This document shows, in pieces, positions 1-8,343 of a stretch of 64,000 nucleotides of DNA. Below the pieces are notes generated by a model. That model did no database searches. It was not told where the DNA came from and was given only the letters and a program-made list of their open reading frames with translations. Origin of the DNA: an uncultured Lachnospiraceae bacterium (GTDB lineage: Bacteria; Bacillota; Clostridia; Christensenellales; UBA1242); NCBI GenBank assembly GCA_964393975.1, contig CAYMVO010000005.1, positions 192 through 64,191 on the forward strand, read 5' to 3'. Numbering within the stretch: position 1 is the first letter of the stretch; every line of letters begins with the position of its first letter. The position numbers and the translations under genes were made by a program.

Positions 1-1125
1 TTCTATCACATCGGTTTTATTATCTATTAAAAATTGAATAGAATTTAAAACACTTGTTTTGATTTGAGCCGTTATAGCGTTTTTCATAGTATCACCCACA
101 TAATCAGCATACGAAACAAAAAATAAATCTTTTTCATAAGGTGAAACTATTTCGTTCAATTTCATAGAGGTATTGATATTCAAATTAATCACCGGTCTAT
201 CACCGACAAACTTATACTCTTTTGATATACTTTTATCTTTTACAACAAAACTCAAGTCAGCATTTTTCAGATTTTCATCGCTATAATTAGATAGAAAAAA
301 TTCTAATTTACTCTGTTTTTGCCCCAACCAAAACAACCCTTTCATAATATCGTTGTCAGCGACAGCAACTTTTTTACCATCTAATAAAAGTGTTATTTGA
401 CCTAAATTGCTAACGACTTTCTCCTCATTATCTTGACCACCACTGCTACCACCATCGCCACCGCTATCACTACTACTATCACCGCTACTACTGTCACTAG
501 CACTTGACTCACTCTTTTTGCCGACATCCAAGCCGTCACTCTCATCATCAACCAACTCCATATATGCCATAAAATTGACATTATTACCTGATAATTTACT
601 GTCAATGATTTTTTCAATATTTGCCTCTTCTAAAAACACATAATTACTCAAAAAATCTAGTATCCCAGCGGAATCTACACCATATAATTTTTGCAAGTCT
701 TTATTTGCGTTTAAGAGTTTTTTACTGCTTTTATTTGTGTTGACTATTACGCAACTATTATCCACCTGTGTATCACGGATAAGATAATCTAGCGACTTTA
801 AAATATCCTCTTTCAATGCCTCATCATTTAAAATTATCATTCCACAATGCCCGAGACCTATTTTTTTACCTGTGTGGATGCTGAGTTGATTCATTGCTTG
901 TCTTACGGTCTCGCCTTTTGCGGATATGACCTCCAAACTTTGATTGAACGCACCACTTTGTTTTGGTACAAGCATCATTATCGACGTCTCGTATTCGTCC
1001 TCAATTTTATCTATCCCCAAAGCCACCACCACCAAACTAGTATTAGCTATAGAAGGTAAAGAAATTGCCGTAGGAAATAAAAACAACACACAAATCATAA
1101 AAATGAAATAAATTTTATTTTTCAT
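1..1125 (-). CDS. Ger(x)C-family spore germination protein, N-terminal 375 codons (gene runs off the left edge)
   Basis: Absent from the ORF track because there is no stop in the window. Manual translation from ATG 1125..1123 gives MKNKIYFIFMICVLFLFPTAISLPSIANTSLVVVALGIDKIEDEYETSIMMLVPKQSGAF..., open to base 1. It has an ALGID-type motif and is the third gene after GerAA/GerAB-type genes. Its start overlaps the upstream gene end by 11 nt. Confidence 0.7.
   Translation of the reverse strand, partial: MKNKIYFIFMICVLFLFPTAISLPSIANTSLVVVALGIDKIEDEYETSIMMLVPKQSGAFNQSLEVISAKGETVRQAMNQLSIHTGKKIGLGHCGMIILNDEALKEDILKSLDYLIRDTQVDNSCVIVNTNKSSKKLLNANKDLQKLYGVDSAGILDFLSNYVFLEEANIEKIIDSKLSGNNVNFMAYMELVDDESDGLDVGKKSESSASDSSSGDSSSDSGGDGGSSGGQDNEEKVVSNLGQITLLLDGKKVAVADNDIMKGLFWLGQKQSKLEFFLSNYSDENLKNADLSFVVKDKSISKEYKFVGDRPVINLNINTSMKLNEIVSPYEKDLFFVSYADYVGDTMKNAITAQIKTSVLNSIQFLIDNKTDVIE
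430..515 (-). repeat. Ser/Gly/Asp low-complexity coding tract inside the GerC-like gene
   Basis: Translates to SESSASDSSSGDSSSDSGGDGGSSGGQ from AGT/GGT/GAT-rich cryptic triplet repeats. Confidence 0.6.
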
Positions 1126-2224
1126 TAGTCGTTTTATCATTTTTTCCGCCTCCTTTTTTAGAAAATCTTATACTAGCGACTACAGTTAGCCCAATTATGA
1201 ATATTCCAATAATAAAATCATAAGGACTTAGATACGTACACACAAAGTCAACGTACTTTGAATTATTAAACGGATTTAAAATATATAACAAACTAAACAC
1301 TGCTAAAAACACATAGCTAAATATCTGCGTCTTTTTGATACCTGTAGCCTCCACAAATACACGTTGCATTATGTAGACTTGCACGGCGCACTGTAAAACA
1401 ATGGTAATCATCCAAATAATTACAGTGAACCAATCTACCTTTGTAAACGAAGCGATTTGTGGCGAAAACTGTGTAATATCAGAAATAGCAAACTTATGCA
1501 AGCCTGCAGTAAACTCAAATGACGCATAATATATGACGAAAAACATAACGACCAAGAAAATAGCCAAACTAGATGTAATCATCACTTTTCTAAATAAATG
1601 TTTTGTAACCTTTACATCTCCCAAGCAAAACAATATCACAAAATAATTGCCAAACCAAGTAAAACTTGTATTTAATGCGTTTATGATATCGCCAAAAGGT
1701 CTAGTCCCTAGCGGTAAAATATTTGATATGTCTAGATTTGCAATAGAAAATAAAAAGGTGATAAAAAGTCCAACAAATATTACTCCAAAAAGAGCCTCGC
1801 AGGTACGACCTAATGTTTGTAGCCCTTTATAAGCAATGTACCCTGCTACAAATATTGTAGGCAAGAAAAACAACAGTCTACTATACTCATCGTACATTGT
1901 CGAACCTAAAAACAATTCACTTTCCATAAATAGCGAAAAATTTTTAAATAAATACAATATAAAAATCAATATCGCAAGTATTCTATATCCCACATCACCG
2001 ATAACACTTGAAATCAATTCGCGCAGATTTTTATCGGGATTTTTCATCAAAACCCACATAAGCAAACATATAATTATCACCGCTATTGCAAATTTTATAG
2101 CCACCGCAAAAATCGCATCCTGCCCCGCCTCACCATACAAAATGGAGGGTAAAAGTAAAAGTTTATTGCTTATAATACCTATCGCTATAAGCGCGCACAT
2201 TTGCCCAACAGTCAACGACTTCAT
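1115..2224 (-). CDS. Spore germination protein, GerAB / spore-permease type integral membrane subunit
   Basis: 369 aa with many hydrophobic segments. N-terminus MKSLTVGQMCALIAIGIISNKLLLLPS is typical of B-subunit permeases. 4-nt overlap with the upstream GerAA-type gene. Confidence 0.75.
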   Translation of the reverse strand: MKSLTVGQMCALIAIGIISNKLLLLPSILYGEAGQDAIFAVAIKFAIAVIIICLLMWVLMKNPDKNLRELISSVIGDVGYRILAILIFILYLFKNFSLFMESELFLGSTMYDEYSRLLFFLPTIFVAGYIAYKGLQTLGRTCEALFGVIFVGLFITFLFSIANLDISNILPLGTRPFGDIINALNTSFTWFGNYFVILFCLGDVKVTKHLFRKVMITSSLAIFLVVMFFVIYYASFEFTAGLHKFAISDITQFSPQIASFTKVDWFTVIIWMITIVLQCAVQVYIMQRVFVEATGIKKTQIFSYVFLAVFSLLYILNPFNNSKYVDFVCTYLSPYDFIIGIFIIGLTVVASIRFSKKGGGKNDKTTNEK

Positions 2225-3678
2225 TCCTGCACCTCCTTTTGAACTTCTTTGCGAACGGTGTTCTTATTGTGAAAACTCTTTGGTCGACTCTTCATTTCGG
2301 TGATAGGTGCCATATTGAAAAAGTCTTTCATATCACTCTTTTGGTGCGGAGATAAAGGTGAAAGATACGGAGCGCCATAGCTATCAATAGTGTTTAAATA
2401 AGCAATAAGAAACACGCCACCCAAAATAATACCATACAAACCGAGCAAACCTCCAAGCAGTGTAAACCCGAGCCTCAATATAGATAGTTGGTCACTTAGG
2501 TCAGAGACCACAAAAAGCGTTATCCCAGAAAGCGCGACTATCATCATTGCTGGCGGACTGATAAGCCCTGCTTTTACGGCGGTTTCACCGAGTATTAACG
2601 CACCCACAATAGACATTGCCATACCTAAGTGCTTTGGCATACGAACACTTGCTTCATTCAGTATTTCAAATAAAAGTATTATAAAAAGTGTTTCAAATAA
2701 AGGTGTGAACGGCAATCCCGCAGTGGTGTTCATTATAGTTACTAAAAATTTAAGCGGGACTATATCATAATGATATAGTTGCACTGACACAAAAAACCCC
2801 GGTAATATTACCGCAAAAAATATCCCAATAAGCCTTATCCACCTAGCAAGAGTGGAATGTTGATGCTTAGCGTAATAATCACTAGGACTTTGAAAAGTCT
2901 CAAACAATATAAATGGTAATGTTAACACTATCGGTGAACCATCTACAAATATTGCAACCCTCCCTTCTAGTAGTTTCGCGGTGACTATATCTGGTTTTTC
3001 ACTTGTGCCTATTTGCTGAAATATTGAATTTTTGCGGTTTTGTAAATATTCCGCTATGTAATTACTATCCACAACACCATCAATATTGATAGATTTTATT
3101 TTATTGACTATAGCCTTGACTACCGATTTATCCGCGATATTTTTTAGATACATTACGGTCACGGCGGTAGAAGTTTGCGTGCCGACATTCAAATCTACCA
3201 TAACCAAGTTTGTAGTAGCCATTCTTCTTCGCACCATAGAAACATTGGTCTTTATATTTTCATTAAAGCCTTCACGAGGTCCCTTTAACACTGCACTAGT
3301 CGGTGGTTCTTCTATGCTACGGGTATTGAATTTTGTGCTGTCAATTACGAGCATTTTTTGACAATCTTCCATTGCAAGAATAGTTTTGCCCTTTAGTAAC
3401 TCCTCCACCGCATTGTCAGCGCTAGATACTTCATCAATATTTCCTGCGGTCAACACTGATTTATTAATATAATCTATATCAACATTTTCATCCAACTTAT
3501 CTACTCTAGATAATGGAAGCAGTATATCCTGACTAATTATCTCATAACTACTAATATCTTTGATGTAAACCACATCAATCTTTTTACCACTGATCAAAAG
3601 ATTTCGGCAAACGACATCAGAATTGTTATTTAGTTTATCTAGAATATTTTGTGTGAGTTCAACGCTACCTTTCTCCAT
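2221..3678 (-). CDS. Spore germination protein, GerAA type
   Basis: Track ORF is 2221..3753. I prefer ATG 3678 (MEKGSVELTQ..., GAGG 6 nt upstream) because a terminator and a promoter candidate occupy 3708..3765. GPREGFNENIKTNVSMVRRRM and the C-terminal membrane domain are typical of the GerA family. Confidence 0.8.
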   Translation of the reverse strand: MEKGSVELTQNILDKLNNNSDVVCRNLLISGKKIDVVYIKDISSYEIISQDILLPLSRVDKLDENVDIDYINKSVLTAGNIDEVSSADNAVEELLKGKTILAMEDCQKMLVIDSTKFNTRSIEEPPTSAVLKGPREGFNENIKTNVSMVRRRMATTNLVMVDLNVGTQTSTAVTVMYLKNIADKSVVKAIVNKIKSINIDGVVDSNYIAEYLQNRKNSIFQQIGTSEKPDIVTAKLLEGRVAIFVDGSPIVLTLPFILFETFQSPSDYYAKHQHSTLARWIRLIGIFFAVILPGFFVSVQLYHYDIVPLKFLVTIMNTTAGLPFTPLFETLFIILLFEILNEASVRMPKHLGMAMSIVGALILGETAVKAGLISPPAMMIVALSGITLFVVSDLSDQLSILRLGFTLLGGLLGLYGIILGGVFLIAYLNTIDSYGAPYLSPLSPHQKSDMKDFFNMAPITEMKSRPKSFHNKNTVRKEVQKEVQE

Positions 3679-3707
3679 ACAAACCTCAAAAAAATATTTA
3701 TTTTTAA

Positions 3708-3737
3708 TAGTTTGTAAAATTTTGCAAATTTTTATAC
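3708..3737 (-). promoter_or_regulatory. Forespore-type (sigma F/G-like) promoter candidate for the ger operon
   Basis: Minus strand reads GTATA-N18-CAAACTA, compared with the remembered consensus G[AC]AT[AG]-N17/18-CAT[AT][AC]TA. It lies about 30 nt upstream of ATG 3678. Confidence 0.35.
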
Positions 3738-3765
3738 AAAAAAAGAGACTCATTTGAAAAGTCTC
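3738..3765 (-). terminator. Intrinsic terminator after the CvpA-like gene
   Basis: Minus strand reads GAGACT-N9-AGTCTC followed by a T7 run. Confidence 0.6.
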
Positions 3766-3793
3766 ATTTCACACATTTAAGCATTAGTCGCTC

Positions 3794-4771
3794 CTAAGCC
3801 TGCTCAGCTAAGCCACCACTCTCACCCGACTCGCTACCACTAGTACTCGCGTCACCTGACGCACCTGCATCGCCACCAGTAGATGCGCTTGAGTCACCAG
3901 AACCACTTCCCGATTCGCTACCGCTACCAGATTCGCTACCGCTCGTATCACCACCAGTAGACTCACTACTATCACCAGAATTGCCGTTTTTGAGTAGTTT
4001 GTCTATCAAGGAATTAAAGTCTATATCTCCTATAACCTCTTGCACCTTATCAGCGACAATATAATATCCATATTTAGCGATAACAGTGTTGTTCATTATC
4101 TGAGGAACAGGTAATTTTGCGTAACTTAAGAAAGTGCCTATAATAAATACTATTACGACAATAACCGCACCTTTTGCAAGTCCAAGCAAAGAACCTAGCA
4201 ATCTATCGAGCCCACTCTTACCGCCTCGTTTGTCATTTGCACTATCAAACAACTTGCCTAGCAAGAAAACAATGAGTTTTACACCGAAAAACAAAATAAC
4301 ACCAGTCAACACTACGCCGAGTATCATACCTATACTAGCACTGACCGCATCTAGTGCAGTGACATTCTTAGTCAAATCAATACCGTTTACCACGTTATCA
4401 AGAAAACTCTTTATAAATCCCATATTATCCGAATTACTAATAGCATCTAATACCGTAGCCCTTACCTCTTCCGAGTTGACCACCTCTTTAAACGCATCAC
4501 CGCCACAAAGCTTTGCCCCAAGCCCACTAAACCATGATCCGATATGTATAATAGGATCTAAAAAATTTGCCACCGGTCTAGCGCAGAAAATAGCCACTGC
4601 CAAAGCGCCTACAGTACTGACAAGCTTTAAAATAGCATCAATAAATCCTGACACAAATCCTTTAAGTGTGAAAACTAGTATTATAACCGCAAGAACCACC
4701 TCAAGGATTATGGCGATAGTCTTTGCGGTACCCTCGCTCATAGCTTCACATAACATTAGTGTGTTAAACAT
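3794..4771 (-). CDS. cvpA: CvpA-family membrane protein with a long Ser/Gly/Asp-rich C-terminal tail
   Basis: 325 aa with four or more TM segments. N-terminal LKGFVSGFIDAILKLVSTVGALAVAIF pattern matches the CvpA family. The tail is GNSGDSSESTGGDTSGSESGSGSESGSGSGDSSASTGGDAGASGDASTSGSESGESGG (about 3797..3990). Confidence 0.55.
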   Translation of the reverse strand: MFNTLMLCEAMSEGTAKTIAIILEVVLAVIILVFTLKGFVSGFIDAILKLVSTVGALAVAIFCARPVANFLDPIIHIGSWFSGLGAKLCGGDAFKEVVNSEEVRATVLDAISNSDNMGFIKSFLDNVVNGIDLTKNVTALDAVSASIGMILGVVLTGVILFFGVKLIVFLLGKLFDSANDKRGGKSGLDRLLGSLLGLAKGAVIVVIVFIIGTFLSYAKLPVPQIMNNTVIAKYGYYIVADKVQEVIGDIDFNSLIDKLLKNGNSGDSSESTGGDTSGSESGSGSESGSGSGDSSASTGGDAGASGDASTSGSESGESGGLAEQA

Positions 4772-4919
4772 AATAACCTCCGAAAATATGTTATGATTTT
4801 ATTAATATTTATAATACCACATTACCAGATATTTGTCTAGATATTATGACAAATTTTTTGATAATAAATTTTAAAAAAAATGTAAAGACTCTTTACAAAT
4901 TTAATTTTGGAGTGAAATT

Positions 4920-5447
4920 ATGAATAGGTTTAACGTTATGAATTTAGCTGGAAAGCTTTATGCAAGATTACAAGGAAACACGGATATTGTCTTTTTGTGC
5001 CTTGGGACTAGCAAACTTTTATTAGATGCTTTTGGTCCTATGGTAGGCAGTCTACTAAAAACAAAATACAATATAGCAACTTTTGTGTATGGAGATTTAA
5101 ACCGCAACATCAATGCTATCAATATAGACGATTACCTCGCAATGATTAGACGCTATCATCCTACTAAACATATCGTTATTATTGATAGCGCGTTAGGTAA
5201 CGAATCTAGCGTGGGGACAATAAAATTTTTAAAGTGCGGGACTATTCCAAGAAGCGCACTAGATGACTCACTACACCTTATAGGTGATAGTAGTATTTTA
5301 GCAATAGTAGAATCAAATTCAAAAGATTTTTTATTTATAAAGACAAAAAGAGCGTTTGTTTCAGAACTAGCCGAAACAACCGCATGTGCAATCAATCAAT
5401 ATTTTGCTCTAGCAAAAGCATTACAAGGTAATACGAATGTAGCGTAA
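4920..5447 (+). CDS. yyaC: Sporulation protein YyaC (GPR-like endopeptidase fold, DUF1256)
   Basis: 175 aa. IVFLCLGTSKLLLDAFGPMVGSLLK matches the YyaC signature (CIGTDRxxGDxxGPLVG). RBS is GGAGTG. Confidence 0.7.
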   Translation: MNRFNVMNLAGKLYARLQGNTDIVFLCLGTSKLLLDAFGPMVGSLLKTKYNIATFVYGDLNRNINAINIDDYLAMIRRYHPTKHIVIIDSALGNESSVGTIKFLKCGTIPRSALDDSLHLIGDSSILAIVESNSKDFLFIKTKRAFVSELAETTACAINQYFALAKALQGNTNVA

Positions 5448-5571
5448 AAAATTAAATACGCCACCACAACAAACCTTGCCCTCATAAACATTTTCATATA
5501 TAACAAGCATCAAAAACGACAAAACTTCTAGACATACAATTACTATAAATTTTCTATACAAAACAAAAAAA

Positions 5572-5629
5572 GAGTTAAAGCGGTTGATAATACACTCAAT
5601 GGTGGTAAAAAGTGTATTCGCCTTAACTC
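5572..5629. terminator. Long interrupted hairpin flanked by an A-run and a T-run (bidirectional terminator; also the body of a candidate tiny sRNA on the minus strand)
   Basis: GAGTTAAAGCG..ATACACT-loop-AGTGTAT..CGCCTTAACTC, about 19 bp of pairing. A7 upstream and T5 downstream on the plus strand. Confidence 0.6.
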
Positions 5630-5636
5630 ATTTTTA

Positions 5637-5665
5637 ATTATAGCATATACTTTTATGTTTTGCAA
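5637..5665 (-). promoter_or_regulatory. Sigma-A-like promoter reading into the 5572..5629 hairpin
   Basis: Minus strand reads TTGCAA (5665..5660), a 17-nt spacer ending in TGC, then TATAAT (5642..5637). The predicted start is about 7 nt before the hairpin base. Confidence 0.45.
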
Positions 5666-5700
5666 GAGTTTTTTAAAAATTTTTTAAAATTTTTTCATTT

Positions 5701-5721
5701 TGTTAATTCTCAAAGTAAATT
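5701..5721. promoter_or_regulatory. Copy A of a shared 21-nt upstream motif TGTTAATTCTCAAAGTAAATT
   Basis: Identical 21-mer at 18992..19012. It lies 35 nt from the -35 element of the 5637..5665 promoter, while copy B lies 36 nt from its -35. Confidence 0.5.
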
Positions 5722-5831
5722 CCATAGCAAATTTCAAAAAATACTTTATCCTTTTATCATTTACGCTACCACATAAAATATTCATTAGCGAACGCTATAC
5801 TTGGTGTAGTGATTTGTAAAATATATCTTCT

Positions 5832-8303
5832 CTAAATCTTATCGAGATATATGGCGACTTTTGATACCACCAAACCATTTTTATTTCTTGTGATAGATTT
5901 ACCACTATTGCCGTGAGTACCTATAGCGATATCTTCGGTGTATTTTGAAACGATGATGCCATTAATATCCTGAACGACCACCGTATATGGCCAAGTCACA
6001 ATACTAGCAAATTGAACACACTCATCACCATTAAAGCTAATAAGTTTTAGACCTTTACGATATCTCGCCATAACATCATACTCAGCCACAATACTTCTCT
6101 TTGCGAACGCTTTATTAGTGACGGTCACTATCTCGCCACTACCATCACTAAGTTGAGCCAAAACAACTTTATCATTATCACCGAGAAGCACTCCCTTTAC
6201 GCCACTAGTCATTCTGCCTGTGTCATCAAGTTTATCTGTGGTACACACCAAAACCATACCTTTTTCGGTGACAAACACAAGCCTATCCGCATCCACAAAG
6301 TCTTCCGCTACATCTACGACTTTATCGCCTTCTTTTAGTTTGATAGCGCCAAAACTACTCTTTGCGACATCGTATTCGCTAAATTTAGACTTCTTTATCA
6401 TACCTTGTTCGGTAAACATATAGATAAACTTATCCTTATAAGACTTAGGTACTAGTATCATTTTTAACGCGACTTCATTTGACTCCGCATCGGTGAGTTT
6501 ACTAAATGGCGTACCTTTATCTTTAAACTTCGCCTCCGCAACATCACGCACCGCCACCTTATAACAATTACCCAAGTCGGTAAATATCAAAATCGTTTGG
6601 TCTGTTGTGCATTTGATAAACTGTTTGTGCGCCTCATAAAGCGAACTATTGTTTCCAAATTCCTTTTGACTCATTCCAAAGTTTTTAGGAGTTATTGCCT
6701 TTATCGTGTTCATAGCGGTAAGTCCAACAATGACTTCTCTAGTGATATCCAAATCTTCCTCTTTTGGCGTCACCACGTTATCTTTGGTCAAAATCTTGCT
6801 CTTTCTCTCACTCTTAAACTGTTTCTTTACCGCTAAAAGTTCATCTTTCACGACTTTGAGTTGTAGCTTTTCGCTACTTAAAATTGCGGTAAACTCAGCT
6901 ATTTTTTGTTTGAGTTCGGCGAGTTCTTTTTCTAGTTTTGTGACCTCTAGATTGGTGAGTTTGCTAAGTCTCATATCTAGAATCGCTTGCGCTTGCCTTT
7001 CACTCAAACTAAATCTCTCTTTTAATTTTTGTTTTGCCTCGGTAGTTGATGCTGATTTTTTAATGATTTTAATCACTTCATCAATATTTTTGATAGCAAC
7101 AAGTAGCCCATCTAAAATATGCGCTCTTTCTTTTGCGACCTCCAAATCATACTTTGTACGCTTGACTATCACCCCTTGCCTAAAATCTATATAATGTCTC
7201 AATATCGCGATCAATCCCAACTGCTCAGGTTTTCCATTTGCAATAGCGACCATATTTATATTGAACTGCGTTTGCAAATTGCTATTGATTAATAAATAAT
7301 TAATAATAGGTTCTGGAGCAATATCCCTCTTTAACCTTATGACCGCTCGCATACCTTTTCTATCTGACTCATCACGAATATCTTGCACGCCTGCGAGAGC
7401 AATTTTACCTTTGTCTTCCTTTAACTCTGCTATTTTCTTGAGTAAATTTGCTTTGTTTACTTGATAAGGTAATTCTGTGATAACAATAGATTTTTTATCA
7501 TCATTACTTTCGATACTGATTTTAGCACGCAAAATCACCTTTCCTTTACCTGTCGCATACGCTTGCTTGAGCTCATCGCCTACTATCAAATATCCACCCG
7601 TAGGAAAATCAGGTGCAGGAATATACTTCATCAACTCATCAAGTGTTATTTTTGGTTTATCAATCATCGCGACCGTACCATCTATGACTTCCGCAAGGTT
7701 ATGAGTCGGAATATTTGTCGCGAGTCCCACCGCTATACCATTTGAACCATTCACCAAAAGGTTCGGGTATCCCGCCGGCAAGACATCCGGTTCTTTGAGT
7801 GTATCATCAAAGTTAAAACTCCACGATACGGTATTTTTTTCCAAATCTTTTAGCATCTCAGGTGCAAGTGATGACATTTTCGCTTCCGTATAACGCATCG
7901 CAGCAGCAGGATCACCGTCTACGGAACCAAAGTTTCCGTGTCCACTCACTAATGGCTCACGCATATTAAATTCTTGTGCTAGTCTCACCATCGCATCATA
8001 TACGCTAGTATCGCCGTGTGGGTGATATTTACCCAAGACTTCACCGACTAGTCTTGCACTTTTCTTGTAAGGTTTATCAGGAGTCATACCTAATTCGTTC
8101 ATTGTGTACAAAATACGCCTTTGCACAGGCTTGAGTCCGTCTTCCACACGAGGCAATGCCCTATCTAGTATAACACATTCCGCATAAGGTATCATAGACT
8201 CGTGTAAAACTTTATCTATATCTTTTACTATGATTTTATTGACATCAATAGCTTCACCATTACTATCCAACATAGTAGTTTGTTGATTTTTTGATTTTTT
8301 CAT
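5832..8303 (-). CDS. Type IIA DNA topoisomerase subunit A (GyrA/ParC family; ParC-like because no GyrA box is visible)
   Basis: 823 aa. [18 protein letters not shown] and the catalytic-Tyr context AAMRYTE are present. No Q(R/K)RGG(R/K)G heptad at the start of the C-terminal domain. Confidence 0.85.
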   Translation of the reverse strand: MKKSKNQQTTMLDSNGEAIDVNKIIVKDIDKVLHESMIPYAECVILDRALPRVEDGLKPVQRRILYTMNELGMTPDKPYKKSARLVGEVLGKYHPHGDTSVYDAMVRLAQEFNMREPLVSGHGNFGSVDGDPAAAMRYTEAKMSSLAPEMLKDLEKNTVSWSFNFDDTLKEPDVLPAGYPNLLVNGSNGIAVGLATNIPTHNLAEVIDGTVAMIDKPKITLDELMKYIPAPDFPTGGYLIVGDELKQAYATGKGKVILRAKISIESNDDKKSIVITELPYQVNKANLLKKIAELKEDKGKIALAGVQDIRDESDRKGMRAVIRLKRDIAPEPIINYLLINSNLQTQFNINMVAIANGKPEQLGLIAILRHYIDFRQGVIVKRTKYDLEVAKERAHILDGLLVAIKNIDEVIKIIKKSASTTEAKQKLKERFSLSERQAQAILDMRLSKLTNLEVTKLEKELAELKQKIAEFTAILSSEKLQLKVVKDELLAVKKQFKSERKSKILTKDNVVTPKEEDLDITREVIVGLTAMNTIKAITPKNFGMSQKEFGNNSSLYEAHKQFIKCTTDQTILIFTDLGNCYKVAVRDVAEAKFKDKGTPFSKLTDAESNEVALKMILVPKSYKDKFIYMFTEQGMIKKSKFSEYDVAKSSFGAIKLKEGDKVVDVAEDFVDADRLVFVTEKGMVLVCTTDKLDDTGRMTSGVKGVLLGDNDKVVLAQLSDGSGEIVTVTNKAFAKRSIVAEYDVMARYRKGLKLISFNGDECVQFASIVTWPYTVVVQDINGIIVSKYTEDIAIGTHGNSGKSITRNKNGLVVSKVAIYLDKI

Positions 8304-8343
8304 ACTCTATCCTTTTATAATAGTATTATGTATAAGACTAAAA

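Noticed and set aside
4134-4796. 220-aa plus-strand ORF, together with similar long antisense ORFs at 6706..7194, 9023..9382, 38685..39131, 45154..45615, 26718..27095 and 63110..63322
   Set aside because: Each lies entirely inside, and antisense to, a gene with clear family motifs. The products are low-complexity (S/T/L/F-rich) and lack RBSs. They are shadow ORFs typical of AT-rich genomes.
5590-5600. 11-mer ATACACTCAAT shared between the 5572..5629 hairpin and the 11721..11772 terminator
   Set aside because: Shared 11-mers are expected by chance many times in a 64-kb AT-rich window. The surrounding stems are otherwise unrelated.
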